A stretch of 64,000 bases of DNA from Eledone cirrhosa (GCA_964016885.1 OZ024741.1:171864001-171928000); one strand, 5' to 3'. Shown: positions 14,219 through 28,468, numbered from the stretch's first letter. Program-made: numbers and translations. The notes: generated by a model not told the origin, from the sequence alone.

Positions 14219-15011
14219 ATTTTTTGCCATACTGCATACAGGTAGATACCATGATGGAGCTCATTTTACGATTTATTCGTTTTACAAATCTATTTTCCCT
14301 ATTGAAATTAATTGAAATATAAATAATCTGTTCCAGCCCACCCCAAACCACCCAAAAATCAATCCTTATGGGCTTTAAAACAGAGACGGTGCAGTTACAA
14401 GGAAAATGACAATTATAAAAACATAATAAAAGAAAATGCAAAAGAAATATGTAAACTGGTTTTATCAATTGTATGAAATGTGCTCATACTGAGGATTTCC
14501 ACTTGCACTACAAGACAAAAATTTGTACAGGCCGAGGCTCATACAGCAAATTACTCATATAATGCGGCACTCATACTATGAGATTCTACTGTATATTTCT
14601 GCTGTATTGATCACTTCAGAAAATATTAAACAACATCGATCGACAATCGATCGACTTTTGTCAAATTGGACCAAGGAAACAATGTTTCCATTGGTCTTTC
14701 CAATTGCTAATACTATCTTTCGGTCGCAATTCCAGGTAGAAGACATGAAATAAAGTGTCTTGCTCAAGGACATAATGCATCGCCTAGTCTGGGAATCAAA
14801 CTCATAACCTCACGATTGTGAATCCAATTCTCTATCCATTAACCGACACACCTTCACTTTTTAAACAACATAAATAACATAGATATTTACTGAACACATG
14901 TCTGAATATCTCAAATCTGAAAAACGTAAACAAATTTTAAATACAGTTGTGAAAACATTAAAATTTATGAAAGACTAGACATACAATTAAAACTTTATTA
15001 ATAATAAAGAT

Positions 15012-15200
15012 ATAATTGTTTCTACTTTAGGCACAAGGCCAGCAATTACCCAGTACATTACTGGTACTTTATTTTATCGACCCCGTAAGGATGAAAGGCA
15101 AAGTTAACCTCAGCGGGATTTGAACTCAGACTGTAAAGGGACATAAATATGCTGGAAAGCATGGTGTCCAACCCTCTACCGATACTGCCAATTCACCTGT
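15012..15200 (-). mobile_element. SINE S1 copy
   Basis: Reverse complement of the S1 consensus; TAAAGATAT on both flanks. Confidence 0.85.
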
Positions 15201-15944
15201 GCAGTAACTAAAGATATTTTGCTAAAACCATTACACATATACCACTCACTAAAATAATGTTATAGGTATACAACTAGAGCATATCATTTTAATAATATTT
15301 ATTAACTGAAGTAACAACAAATTATAAGATTAACACAGAGAAAACAAACGTTATGGACGCTTAATTCAGTAATAAATATGTCAGTAACTAAGAGATGGTC
15401 TAGTTACTAAGAAACTAATAACTTAATCTATGCTAAAAGAGGTGAAAGGTTATTTTTAGAATACAAAGTGATAAATATAAAATAAATCAAACACATTGAA
15501 ATATATCATCATCATCATCACTGTTTTACGTCCGTTCTTCCATGCTAGCATGGGTTAGACGGGTTGTCCATTTGTGGGCAGTCTCTGGTTGGCTGACCTT
15601 CTCTTGCTCATACGGGAACTGATTCTGGCTTGATTTCTACAGCTGTATGCCCTTCCTAACACCAACCTCATTTACTGTGAGTGCTGGGTGCTTTTTTTCC
15701 GTGGCGCCTACACGTCCACTTTACAGTGTGGGCTGGGTGCTTTTTTGCCATGGCACCTTCACAACCACTTTGCAGTGGGACAGGGTGGGGGCATATTGTC
15801 TATATATATATATATATATCAACTAGAAATTGATTGACATATATAAATATCTAAAATAAACACATGAAACACATGAAACATGGATATGGTGCATATTTCA
15901 GACAGGACACCCTTAATTTAATTTTGGATATATATATACGTGTG

Positions 15945-16310
15945 TATAATGGTAGCTATGGTGCTTCCATAGGCGGTATGCCAAAATTAGCACTCAATAT
16001 TCATACAGAGCAGAGTGTGAATAGTATAAAAAAACGAAAAATCAGTGATGCATCTGGACTCAGTTTATTGCGTGTTACAATTGTTTCAGCAGCAGGTAGC
16101 TCGAGACATGATCACTGTATGGATCTGGTTGATTCTACGGCTGCAGGTTCCTTCAGACGCATGCAATTCGTTCGGAGCAAATTTTCTCACTCAGCCGTAG
16201 AATCAGCCAGATCCATACAGTGATCATGTCTCGAGCTACCTGCCAGTGAAACACTTGTAACACGCAATAAACTGAGTCCAGATGCATCACTGATTTTTTG
16301 TTTTTTTATA
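15945..16310. mobile_element. Fold-back pseudo-LTR element (family F-like) with degenerate hammerhead
   Basis: ~118-bp inverted arms (16027-16143 / 16192-16309). Minus strand carries CTGAAGGA...GAAA-CAATTG-TA, and a bulged hairpin lies at 15991-16017 (-). Confidence 0.65.
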
Positions 16311-16417
16311 ATATATATATATAATTGGTGTTGGATGCTTAAAGCTTCCATATGCTGTAGGCCGTACGAGCACTCGATGCAGATTTTCCTATAGGAAAAT
16401 CTGCTTCGTAGAATCAA

Positions 16418-16513
16418 GACGTATCTGAGGATCTTGCAATTTTCAGAGTCAGGTTCGATCATCACATCGATTGTGCCTCGAGCTGGTCACCAGAGAAATG
16501 ATTGTACTATGTC
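16418..16513 (+). ncRNA. Hammerhead ribozyme, family F (CUGAGGA core, long stem II)
   Basis: GACGTAT-CTGAGGA-63 nt-GAAA-TGATTG-TA-CTATGTC; a better-preserved sister lies at 58197-58297. Confidence 0.7.
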
Positions 16514-16803
16514 CAATAAATTCCATTCGTCGTAACACTGATTCTCTTTTTTTTCTGTGATATATATATACATACATACATATATATAAATATATATATA
16601 CTTATACTTATACATACATATATATACATATATATATATATATCCTTTGTTTTGCCGAGAATAAGTAAGTGACATAGTCACTACTTGAAAACTCATAGCG
16701 AATGGTTTTCAAAATGTTTTAATTAAACATTCAGTATATTGCCAAATAATCTATACATACATTCATGTATATATCGTTATTTCAGAGCACCAATACTAAT
16801 ATA

Positions 16804-16840
<37 letters not shown>

Positions 16841-16842
<2 letters not shown>

Positions 16843-17157
16843 GATATTAAATAAATGGAAACTATATTTATAAAACCATATTTATTTCATTATATATATT
16901 TCAGGGATATCATATTAAAAATATGGTATGCCTTCATCAGACAAAATACAAGCCTGTTTATATTGTATTTTGTCTGATGAAGGCATACCATATTTTTAAT
17001 ATGATATCCCTGAAATATATATAATGAAATAAATATGGTTTTATAAATATAGTTTCCATTTATTTAATATCGTAAATATACTCCAAATACTTGTTGAGTG
17101 CTTTTATATCAGTTATAAATATTTACTCGTTGTAACCCAACAATTTAAATAAAACTT

Positions 17158-17160
<3 letters not shown>
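16841..17160. mobile_element. Fold-back family A element with two hammerheads (16883-16948 -, 16966-17031 +)
   Basis: Essentially perfect ~110-bp inverted arms; TATTTTGT-CTGATGA-AGGCATACCATATT/AATATGATATCCCT-GAAA-TATATA-TA-ATGAAATA. Confidence 0.85.
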
Positions 17161-17217
<57 letters not shown>

Positions 17218-17246
17218 TACATACATATACATACATTTATGTATAA

Positions 17247-17691
17247 GAGATATTTAATTTGTTGGAAATCCAACAAAAATAGATGTTTACAACTGATTCA
17301 AAGCACTTGACAGATTTCTGGAGTAAGTATTCAATTGATATTAAATAAATGGAAACTATATTTATAAAACCATATTTATTCTATTATATATATTTCAAGG
17401 GTACCAAAAATTTTGGTATGCTATCATCAGATAAAATACCAAATGTTTTATAAAAATTTGACATGACCAAGGATGATATACCTTAACGATTCAAGTTATC
17501 CCTGGATAACTTTCCAGGGATAACTTGAACCATTAAGGTATATCATCCTTGGTCATGTCAAATTTTTATAAAACATTTGGTATTTTATCTGATGATAGCA
17601 TACCAAAATTTTTGGTACCCTTGAAATATATATAATAGAATAAATATGGTTTTATAAATATAGTTTCCATTTATTTAATATCAATTGAATT
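17247..17691. mobile_element. Fold-back family A element with tail on the left; hammerheads at 17377-17438 (-) and 17581-17642 (+)
   Basis: ~175-bp near-perfect arms centred near 17510; intact CTGATGA/GAAA-TATATA-TA. Confidence 0.85.
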
Positions 17692-18266
17692 ACATATATA
17701 TATACATAATACACACACACACAAGATTTGTTCTCGGTATGGTGAACCAACTGTTGTGTTACTACTTATATATATATATATTTATTAAAATAACAGATTA
17801 AAGTAATAAATATTTGCTCTACGGTTCTTATATATTTGATATATATATTTATCCTTATCGAGCCCTCTTTGGATTTTAGTCTTCAAATTTATTATTATCA
17901 CTATATATATATGTATATATATATATATATATACATACCTGCAGATACTCATACACACACATATATATAGACTTCACATACTTATTTCAAATTATGAAAT
18001 ATAACTTCAGTTCAAATACAGTGGTTTAATATGGGTAACAAAATAAATTTTATAAGATGGTTTAACCTAGAGGCAGGGTATAAAAGATACACAAGATGAC
18101 TATTGCATATGTTAAGAGAAAAACAATTTAAGTTGAATATAAACAAGTATATATATAATCAGGTTCAAGGATTTTATAAAAGAAAGAGTGAAAGGTTCTA
18201 AGCAGACAAAAAGGGATTATTTCATTTCTAGAGTTGAGAAGAGTAATTTTAGAAGTTATTATTACA

Positions 18267-18440
18267 TCGGTAGAGGGTCGGACGCCATGCTTTGACGCAT
18301 GGAGTTACAGCCTTTGCTATTCTGAGTTCAAATCCCGCCGAGGTTAACTTTGCCTTTCATCCTTACGGGGTCGATAAAATAAAGTACCAATAATGTACTG
18401 GGTAATTGCTGGCCTTGTGCCTAAAGTTTAAACAATTATT
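18267..18440 (+). mobile_element. 5'-truncated SINE S1
   Basis: B box, body and tail; TTATTACA on both flanks. Confidence 0.8.
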
Positions 18441-18750
18441 ACAAATGCTTCAGTCAAACAAAGATTGCATCTAGTTCTACCACCTCCATATTGTTTTGCT
18501 GAATTAACATTACTCCATAAAGTAGAATACTGAATATTATCTTTTTTTCAGACTCCAGATTGATATTCATGTCATGTTACTTATGTTCTTTATGGAATCA
18601 ATACAGCATAAATGTATTTTTATGTTGTTTTGATCGAAACATTCATCAGTCAATTAGATAGTTTAATGTAATTCAATTTTAGTTGCTTCTATTAATTTAT
18701 ATATAGAGAGAGAGATAGATAGATAGAGAGATAGATAGATAGAGAGATAG

Positions 18751-18833
<83 letters not shown>

Positions 18834-19464
18834 TATAGATTGCGGTGATATGGGTATGTGATGCATATGAAGGATGACAGCTGCATAAAAAGGTGCAAGA
18901 TACTCAAAGTTGATGTAAGCTATGGAGTAGGAAGATCTAAGAATACTTGGGATGAAGTGTTAAAAGCTGACTTCATACAATTGCCCTACCAAAGGTTCAA
19001 GATCTCTGGTGTGTTGCAGTAATACAGTAGACCTGCTTTCCCATGGGCATAGGTTGAAGCATACATCTATTTTGCACTACCTTCCCTCCTCCCCTTCCAT
19101 TCACCTCCCCCATCTTAATACCCATCCACATCCTAACACTCGACCCATACCCTAACACCTCCTCCTTCATGAGATAAGTCTCGCAGCCTCCAGTTCCCAC
19201 TGTGAAGTGGTCATATATGTGTCACAACAAAAAGTGCCCAGACCACATTGTAAAGTGGTCGTGCAGGTGTCAACAAAATACACCCAGTTCACACTGTAAA
19301 TGAGGTTAGTGTTAGGAAGGGCATCCAGCCATAGAAATCAAGCCAGAATCAGTCCTATATAATCAAGACATGTTCCTCTGTGGCTTGTCTCACAATGGGA
19401 CAGCTCGTCTAACTCATGTTAAACAGTAATGATAATGATGATGGTGATATATATATGTATATAT

Positions 19465-19705
19465 TATAATATATAAGAACAAAAGATGGTTAAAAGAGTT
19501 CCATGTATTTTATTATGCGCATTTCAAAAACAAATATTATTGCATGATATTTGTTTTTGAAATGCGCATAATAAAATACATGGAACTCTTTTAACCATCT
19601 TTTGTTCTTATATATTATATATACTCCAGTCCTACAAACTGTAGAGTGCTTCTTATCCGATATCTGCATTGCTTTATTGTACTACAATAAAACTCACCTC
19701 CTACA
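19465..19705. mobile_element. Fold-back family C element, folded inside hammerhead stem II
   Basis: ~75-bp arms containing GAAA-TGCGCA-TA-ATAAAATA but no CTGATGA; matches 41091-41441. Confidence 0.8.
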
Positions 19706-19742
19706 TATGTATATATTATATATATGTGTGTGTGTGTTTATG

Positions 19743-19773
<31 letters not shown>

Positions 19774-20647
19774 GTGTTGTGTGTGTGTGAGTGTGTGAGT
19801 ATAACAGAATAACCATTGGAAACCCATCAAGATATATTAATGTAAATCATCTTGTTTATATCTTCTATGTGGATGTTCTTGTAGATCTGTGCATCATCAT
19901 TATCATCATCGTTTAACGTCCATCTTCCACGCTTGCATGGGTTTGGACCGGAGTTTTACCACTTGAGGCAAGATTTGTTGTCCTGCTCGTATAGGACTGT
20001 CTGGCGGGTTTTCTACGGCTGGATGCCCTTCCTAACACCAACCACGTTTACAGTGTGGACTGGGAGGTTTTTACCGTGTTACCTACACGGCCACATTTCA
20101 GCATGGACTGTGTGTTTTTTTTGTCGTGACACCTACACGATCTCATTTGTTTCGGACTGGATGTTGTGGTACCAATATAACTTCACATTTAAGGGGGTGG
20201 TGTGGATGGGGTGGTGGTAGTGGGATGGGGGTGTATTTTGTTAGAGGTGCCTACTGACTGTAGGTTTCGCTTTGTACTTAGGCAAGGCGGGTCTTCTGTA
20301 TGACTGTGTAGCGCCAAAGATCTCGGTCCAGTGATATTGTCTTGGAGAGTGTGTGAGGTCGGAATTTATCAAGTCGTCCCAGGTTTTTCTGGGTCTGCCT
20401 ACTCCGTGGCTACCGTCTATTTTTATCGTCCTGCACTTTTTTTGCATATAAAACTTTATATGGAGCTCTTTCAATTTTGTGACATGTATGAAGGCATTAT
20501 TGATATTTACACTTTATGAAAAAAGATTTTAAAACTTGGAAACTATTGACACAAGGGGAAAATTTAAGTGTTTTAACTTATAGAGAAAGAGATGTATTTA
20601 TTCAAATTTTCCACTGCCCTTAGTTGATATAGATTCGATAAATATAT

Positions 20648-20835
20648 GATAATTGTTTCTACTTTTGGCACAAGGCTAGCAATTATCCCAGTGTATTACT
20701 GGTACTTTATTTTATTGACCCTGTAAGGATGAAAAGCAAAGTTAATCTCGGTGGGATTTGAACTCAGATCATAAAGGGAGGTAACTCTATGCTTCAAAGC
20801 ATGGCGTCCGACCCTCTACCGATATTGCCAATCCA
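20648..20835 (-). mobile_element. SINE S1 copy
   Basis: Reverse complement of S1. Confidence 0.85.
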
Positions 20836-20890
20836 AACTAGTAGTTCTCTCATATTGGACAATCAATCACCAGTGATGAAGCTGATGTGC

Positions 20891-21244
20891 ATATACATAA
20901 TTTTATATACATATTTCCACCAGAGACAGGAATTCACATCCAAGGAAGAAAAGAATATACATAAAATATGTATGATTATTTTATTGTATATATTTAATTG
21001 TATTTTACATATACATCATTTTATATACATATTTCCACCAGAGACAGGAATTCACATCCAAGGAAGGAAAGAATATGCATAAATTATGTATGATTATTTT
21101 ATTGTATATATTTAATTGTATTATACATATACATAATTTTATATACATATTTCCACCAGAGACATGAATTCACATCCAAGGAAGGAAAGAATATACATAA
21201 AATATGTATGATTATTTTATTGTATATATTTAATTGTATTATAC
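20891..21244. repeat. Tandem repeat, 3 x 118 bp
   Basis: Unit ATATACATAATTTTATATACATATTTCCACCAGAGACAGGAATTCAC... starts at 20891, 21009 and 21127. Confidence 0.9.
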
Positions 21245-21391
21245 TTGAGTAAGCCCTTTCAGCTAATTTACACATTTATATATATTCTATATTATTGCTC
21301 TGAAATCTAAATTCATTCTATCATTCGATGAATAAATGTTCCATTAGATTTACTATTCATTCCTAATGTATATATATATAAATATATATAC

Positions 21392-21422
<31 letters not shown>

Positions 21423-21424
<2 letters not shown>

Positions 21425-21603
21425 GGAAGGAGTAGGACCCCGACGGCTGAGCTCAAGCCATTTCGACGGCTAATTCTGGACTCAGAAACGGCTTGAGCTC
21501 AGCCGTCGGGGTCCTACTCGTTCCTATTACCCACTCTACTACCCTAAGTATTGAGTACTTTGGTGTGTTATGGTCCATCTGGTTCCTTACCACATTTCCT
21601 TCG

Positions 21604-21606
<3 letters not shown>
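21423..21606. mobile_element. Fold-back family E element (copies 25122-25318, 27013-27218, 52265-52460, 56059-56218, 58470-58605)
   Basis: Shared hammerhead 3' half GAAA-CGGCT-TGAGCTC-AGCCG-TC-GGGGTC plus tail ...GTATTGAGTACTTTGG...CCACATTTCCTTC, flanked by (TA)n. Confidence 0.8.
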
Positions 21607-21656
<50 letters not shown>

Positions 21657-22008
21657 AAAATAGTGTTGTGAGAGTAACATTGAAAAAACCCATTAGTTTT
21701 CATATATTACACTCACCATGACAATGGATCAACTTATAATGTCCCATGCCATGTCTAGGGTACGAATTGAATTTAGGGCACATTCTGCTTTATTTTTAAT
21801 ATATTTCTTTTTATTCCCCAAAAAATCCAGAAGTGAAAAAATATACCTACATATCATTGTTTGTATAGATATTGATTAAAAAACTTTCACCTAACATTAC
21901 TCAAATAATTCGATGTACAACCCTCTTGAAACATGTATAAGGAATTGAAAATGAATTAAAAGCTAATTTTTCTATCTATACATTCAATTATGTGTATATA
22001 AATATACA

Positions 22009-22078
<70 letters not shown>

Positions 22079-22085
22079 TATAGAC

Positions 22086-22118
<33 letters not shown>

Positions 22119-22529
22119 TGCATATAGACATATATACATATGTATATATATACATACACTCATACACACATGCATGCACACACACACACCCACACACACC
22201 CTCATATATATATATATATATCATAAAACTTATAAACCAAATCGATTTCATGCAATGTGAAATTAAAAAAATATAGAAACCTTATCACTTCAACCCCCAG
22301 CCTTCAATCCCTACAAAAATCAATCAATAAAGAAAGCTCAAAATATTTTGTAAGCTAATTCTGTGATCAATGGATATGTTTACTGAAAGTCAAGGATTTC
22401 AGAGCTTCGAATGGGTTGCCAGAAATCTTGCTAAAGTTTCTCACAAGGAACTCTGAAGAAATTGGTGATATAGAAAAATACCTTATTTTTTATCCAAAGA
22501 GATCTGAACCTTATATAGACTTAACAGTG

Positions 22530-22563
<34 letters not shown>

Positions 22564-22596
22564 TTGTGTGAGTGTGAGTTTATATATATATATATA

Positions 22597-22934
22597 TAAA
22601 GAAAAAAAGATGAAATCGAAAATGCAACTGATGTCTTATTTTTTTTTTTAAATATATATATTTATTTGGTTCCTTTACCGGTTTCGCAGTTCTTCTGCTT
22701 TTCAAAAGTAGAGTTGAGATGGAGGGTCTGTGGTTTTTCTCACAGACCCTCCATCTCAACTCTACTTTTGAATAGCAGAAGAACTGCGAAACCGGTAAAG
22801 GAACCAAATAAATATATATATTTTTTAAAAAAAATAAGACACCAGTTGCATTTTCGATTTCATCTTTTTTTCTTTATACTTTCACTCGTGTAGGACACCT
22901 CGGTTATTTTTCATTTTGTAAAAAAAAACCTCAC

Positions 22935-22940
<6 letters not shown>
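22597..22940. mobile_element. Fold-back family H element with hammerhead 3' half
   Basis: ~135-bp arms centred near 22737; GAAA-CCGG-TA-AAGGAACC at ~22788-22805; unpaired tail to 22940. Confidence 0.7.
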
Positions 22941-23005
<65 letters not shown>

Positions 23006-23035
23006 CATATATATATATATGTATATATGTATATA

Positions 23036-23089
<54 letters not shown>

Positions 23090-23090
23090 T

Positions 23091-23146
<56 letters not shown>

Positions 23147-23174
23147 GCAGACATACATATATATATGTATGCAT

Positions 23175-23261
<87 letters not shown>

Positions 23262-23326
23262 CATATATATATGTATGGATGTATATATGTGTGTGTATAT
23301 ATATATATATATACACATATATATAT

Positions 23327-23372
<46 letters not shown>

Positions 23373-23772
23373 TTTCTCATATGAATGCTAGAGTTTTTAA
23401 GTCTGTACATAATATATATGTGCATGCATGTGTGTTTGTGTATGGATACGTAGATATATTTTCATATGGCTGTAGACTGCATTCCTGACAGTTTTCTCTA
23501 TGTATATATACGATAGGATCTAACTACAATAGTATTTGTTAATACACATAAGAAAGCAAATACAAATACAAAATATTATATACATATATATATATATATT
23601 ATATATATTATATATATTATACATATTATATATGTGTGTATGTGTGTGTGTATATGTGTGTGCATGTGTGTGTGTGTGTATTTATACATATATATATATG
23701 TATATATCATATATATATTTTTTGTTTATACGAATCGTTTCATACTAGCATGATTTGCTCGGGCATTATATA

Positions 23773-24973
23773 CAGGGTTCTTTGGATTTAGTAGATGATG
23801 TATAAAGATCTTTATTTGAGTAAAACTTGGTATGAATAATCTTGAGATTCTTCTCGTTGCATCTACTCAATAAATCCTTTTTTAGCCTTGATGGCTGCTT
23901 CAATTTGAGCTCTCAAACGTTGGCATGCCTGAATCAGATTGTTTTTATTGATGTTTAGACATTGTACTTGCGAATTGCAGAAAATAGATTTTAAAATTTC
24001 ATGAGGGCATTGATTGACTGTAATCTTGACTATGCCCTGTGTGTCCAATAGATTCAGGTGTGGAGTGCTAGGAGGCCATATGTCTGGCATTACATGATGG
24101 TGGATATTCTAACTCATGCCTTCTTGCATTGTCTTGGCCTTATAAGATGGCACAGAGTCATGTTGGAAAATTTTCCTTTGCTCTCACTCTCTATTCAAGA
24201 TCTCACAAGCCTCCCCAACACCTCCTCATAATCAGCAGCATTAGTCCTTAAACCATGAGGTAAAATGTGAGGAGGCTTGATAGCGCCCTCAGTGCTCATG
24301 ACTCCATAAATCCATGCAGTTGCCAGAAACCTTGTGTACATGATCATTGAAATGTCTTTAGGGTCTCTGCATAACCATCCATCATTCCTTTGTTTGACCT
24401 TTTGGTTCTGATCAAAGTTTTTCTCATCAAAGATAAACCCAAGCATTCTAGGTGCTTAATCTTCCAGCATGCTGAACAAGTGCTTTGTGTGGATCAAATG
24501 TTTTATTTTGTTTTTGTCTTTGACATCTCCATATCACATATGACTTGTATCAAATGTCCTCATACAAAATTCTTCCAACAATGTTCTTTGAAATCTTGAA
24601 CTCCTTAGCAATGGGTCTAATTGACTTCCTGTGGATTTTATCAATAAATTTCTACACCTTTCGTTCACATTTTAGTGTTCTGATGATAGTAGGACCATTA
24701 CCAAGTACTTCACATTTGGCTACTGCTATATAATCCTCATCAGTGACTTCCAGCTCTTTGCAAACTTTGACACTAAACGACCATGCAACTTTCAGGAAGT
24801 GAGCTTTCTATAATCACTATGTTCTGCCAATAAGATAACAATTACAACTTACCTCTTTATTTGCTTAGTTAGTTTGATGTCTGTCATCAATTATCTGAAA
24901 ATGATATCCAGAACAATTTAGAAAAAAAGTTAAAGCTATCAGAGGAATGGTCGTAAATAACTGGGTAACTCTG
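23773..24973 (-). mobile_element. Decayed Tc1/mariner-superfamily transposon (DD37D/maT-like)
   Basis: WPPSTPHLNLLD (WPPxSPDLNPLD-like), FIFDEK, QRNDGWL...MYTRF...GVMSTEG..PPH..PHGLR; ends TA-CAGGGTT / AACTCTG-TA. Confidence 0.75.
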
Positions 24974-25325
24974 TATATATATATATATATATGTGAAGGA
25001 CCATGACGAATGGAGAGATGCTGTGCTGAATAGGAACCGTCACACCCTTGCAAGCAGGGAAAAGCGGACGTAAAATTATGATAATGATGATATCATCAAT
25101 TCATCATCATCATATCTATATATTGGATAGGGTGTGGTAAAAATCAGGTAGACCATAACCCATTAGAGTACTCAATACTAGGAGTAGTAGAGTGGGTAAT
25201 ATGAAAAGATTCAGGACCTCGACAGCTGAGCTCTGGCTGTTTCGGCAGCTAGATCCAAGTTCAGATCTAGCTGTCAAAACAGCCAGAGCTCAGCTGTTGG
25301 GGTTCTGAATCTTTTCATATATATA

Positions 25326-25384
<59 letters not shown>

Positions 25385-25389
<5 letters not shown>

Positions 25390-25660
25390 TAAACAGAATA
25401 GAAAATGCTGACAAATTGTTCACAGTGAAAAATAGTTTAATTAGGAATAAGTGAGAATTAGTAATTGTATTGGTTAGTATTCAGTTTTGGTTTTAAGTTT
25501 TAAAGCTTAAAAATTTAAAACCAAAACTGAATACTAACCAATACAATTACTAATTCTCACTTATTCCTAATTAAACTATTTTTCACTGTGAACAATTTGT
25601 CAGCATTTTCTATTCCGTTTTCCAATATATAATAACTTGTGTGTTACACCTCTATTCTTT

Positions 25661-25665
<5 letters not shown>
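25385..25665. mobile_element. Fold-back family I element in (TA)n, no hammerhead core visible
   Basis: ~120-bp near-perfect arms centred on AAGCTT (~25503-25508) plus a short unpaired tail. Confidence 0.65.
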
Positions 25666-25699
<34 letters not shown>

Positions 25700-25879
25700 T
25701 TATACTGAAGTAAAAGTTAAGTGGAAATATCCAAGACTAAGAGCACTCAGTACATAGGATGAGTTTAGTGTAAGTAATTATTTATACATACATATATATA
25801 TATATATTCCTCCTAGGTGAAATAACTGAAGAACAAATGAAAGGCTAACAAATGAAAGGCTAACAAATGAAAGGCTAAC

Positions 25880-26640
25880 AATGTGTCTAGACATCATACT
25901 TGGCAGATGCACAAGAGTAAACAACAATAAGGATACTCAAGAAATAAATTGTCTCAAATATTCAGAGAGTTCGCTAGAAATGGTAGAAAGAATTTGTTAT
26001 TCCAGTGACTCTATTAGCAGAGGAAGTGGAAGCACCAAAAGGCATGTAGACATAGTGAGAACAGAGTGGAAGAAGTTCAAGGAATTGTTACTTCTTCAGG
26101 CATTACTAGGCTTCTTTCTCGGAGTGATGGATATATTATATAATTGTTTCTACTTTAGGCACAAGGCCAGCAAATTAACCAGTACATTACTGGTACTTTA
26201 TTTTATCGACCCCGTAAGGATGAAAGGCAAAGTTATATATTATATAATGCAATGCTGCATGGTAGTAAGACATACAACATGAGTGCAGAAGCTTTACAGC
26301 AGCTAAAAGGCAATGAAGCATACATGTTTCATTAGATGTGGAATGTTAATGTGTATGAATGAGAGATTATAAGTAAAAAAGTTGAGTATAAGCGGAATTG
26401 AATGCAGGAAGAAAGAGATATGTGACGTGTAAGGAGAGTAAGAGTTGCCTAAAAATGTGCTGAGCACTTGAGGTGTATGGAACCAGTGTAAGAAGTAAAC
26501 CTAGTAAACCATGTGACAAGGTTGTGATGTAGGAACTCAAGAAACTGAACTTCATGAAGGAGATAAATCAGGACTGGGTTGACTGGTTATATGCTATAAT
26601 ACAAAAAGAGCCATCCATAAGTGACTGCTAAAGGTAAATG
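25880..26640 (+). pseudogene. Decayed RTE-clade LINE 3' region, interrupted by an S1 fragment (26138-26235)
   Basis: SLEMVERICYSSDSISRGSG...RTEWKKFKELLLL resembles the RTE post-RT region; an RSKPSKPCD-like C-terminal motif follows. Confidence 0.6.
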
Positions 26641-26975
26641 CATCAAGGTACTGAAGACTAGCAATTGAATGGATACAATAAAGGATTTGAGAGGATTTTT
26701 CAATCTGACCGGGCATGTGACAACCTCCCTAGTGCTGGCACTATGATAATATGCAACAATTGTTAGTGCTTGTGCCACTTTACCCAACCCAATGCGTAAA
26801 GTGGTAGTGCTGAAGCCATTAAAATGCACCCATTACATTAAACATAGTGGTTGGCAGGAGAGAGGTCATCCAGTCAAAATGAGCAAAATGAGTTTGTTAT
26901 GATGTCTTGGCTTGAATCATGAATATCCGTCCAAAACATTCCATAGTGAAGAGCAAATATAAAATGAAAATAATG

Positions 26976-27017
<42 letters not shown>

Positions 27018-27214
27018 AACGAGTAGGACCCCGACAGCTGTGCTCAAGTTGTTTCGACGGCTAATTCTGGACATTTTTAGTCCAGAATTAGCCGTCGAAA
27101 CGGCTTGAGCTCAGCCGTCGGGGTCCTACTCGTTCCTATTACCCACTCTACTACCCTAAGTATTGAGTACTTTGGTGCGTTATGGTCCACCTGGTTCCTT
27201 ACCACATTTCCTTC

Positions 27215-27281
<67 letters not shown>

Positions 27282-28168
27282 AAATAGACACACATATTCA
27301 TATGTATATGTGTGTGAGTGATGTCCGTCATAGCAAGTTTTGCTTGATGACCAAGAGAGCTAAAATAATCAAAATAATTAAAATAACTCAATAATCAGAG
27401 CTATTTATCAAATTACAAAATATGAGGAAATAATAGACAAAAATATACTATTTTTTCTTCAAAGTCTCAACTGCAGTTTCACCGATCTGTAAGTAACGTT
27501 TTCTGCACTATAAAAATGCATCATCGTTGTGAAGTTGATGTGCCTTATCAAGAGACTCCTCAGAAAAAAAGGACTGTTTCTTGATGCGTTTGTAGCAAGT
27601 GAGAACATTTCTAAAAGCAGAGGGAGGAATTAACACGCGATACTAGTAAAAAAAGGGACTCTTTCTTTCGTCTTTTGTAGCAAGTGAGAATATCTTGAAA
27701 GGTGAAAGGAGAAATTAACACACGATAGAGTTGTCACAGAAGGGTAGTAAGGTGGACGGTGAAAGAATAACGTATTTGCTAGAAAAAGCAGTTAGTACAC
27801 TCCTGCGTTAACTCGACCATATATATATGTGTGTGCATGTGTATATATATGTATGTATGTATATGTGTGTGCATGTATGTGTGTGTGCATGTATGTGGGA
27901 TACATGTCCCCAGTACCTATATGATGATTATATGCATATGTATACAATCTACTTGTGGTTAAGAGACTGCTGCTACACCAGCAGAACTCATGGGATATGT
28001 GTGGAGATAAACAATTACAATTTTTGTAGTTAGATATTTGTATATACTAAATTTGACAGTTTATCCTAGTGTAATGATGTGTGTGGTTGTCCAGTGTACA
28101 ACATATATGATATTTGTTGACTCCCATAAGTGATTCTGTCCACTTTATTTTATTAAATGTCCTTATAT

Positions 28169-28254
<86 letters not shown>

Positions 28255-28269
28255 ACATATATATTTATA

Positions 28270-28468
28270 ACAAATTTAATATAGAAATGGCTTCTACAGG
28301 ACTAGAGTTTCATTTGAAGGAAATCATCAGGCTTTCCTGATTATTTTCTTTGAATGAAACAGTTCTAGTTCTGTAGAAGTTATTTCTATATTAAATTTGT
28401 TGTATACACCCTACTAATGTATTGAGTACCTTACTTACTGTGGTTACCCCCAATTGAATCTGGGACTC

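Noticed and set aside
14235-14720. Possible pogo/Tigger-like DNA transposon relic
   Set aside because: Only vague recalled similarity; no paired TIRs or transposase motifs found.
21713-22455. Short minus-strand open stretches (YIFSLLDFLGNKKKYIKNKAECALNSI; FLVRNFSKISGNPFEALKSL) near splice-like signals
   Set aside because: Both end in stops, splice signals are inconsistent, and no family was recognised.
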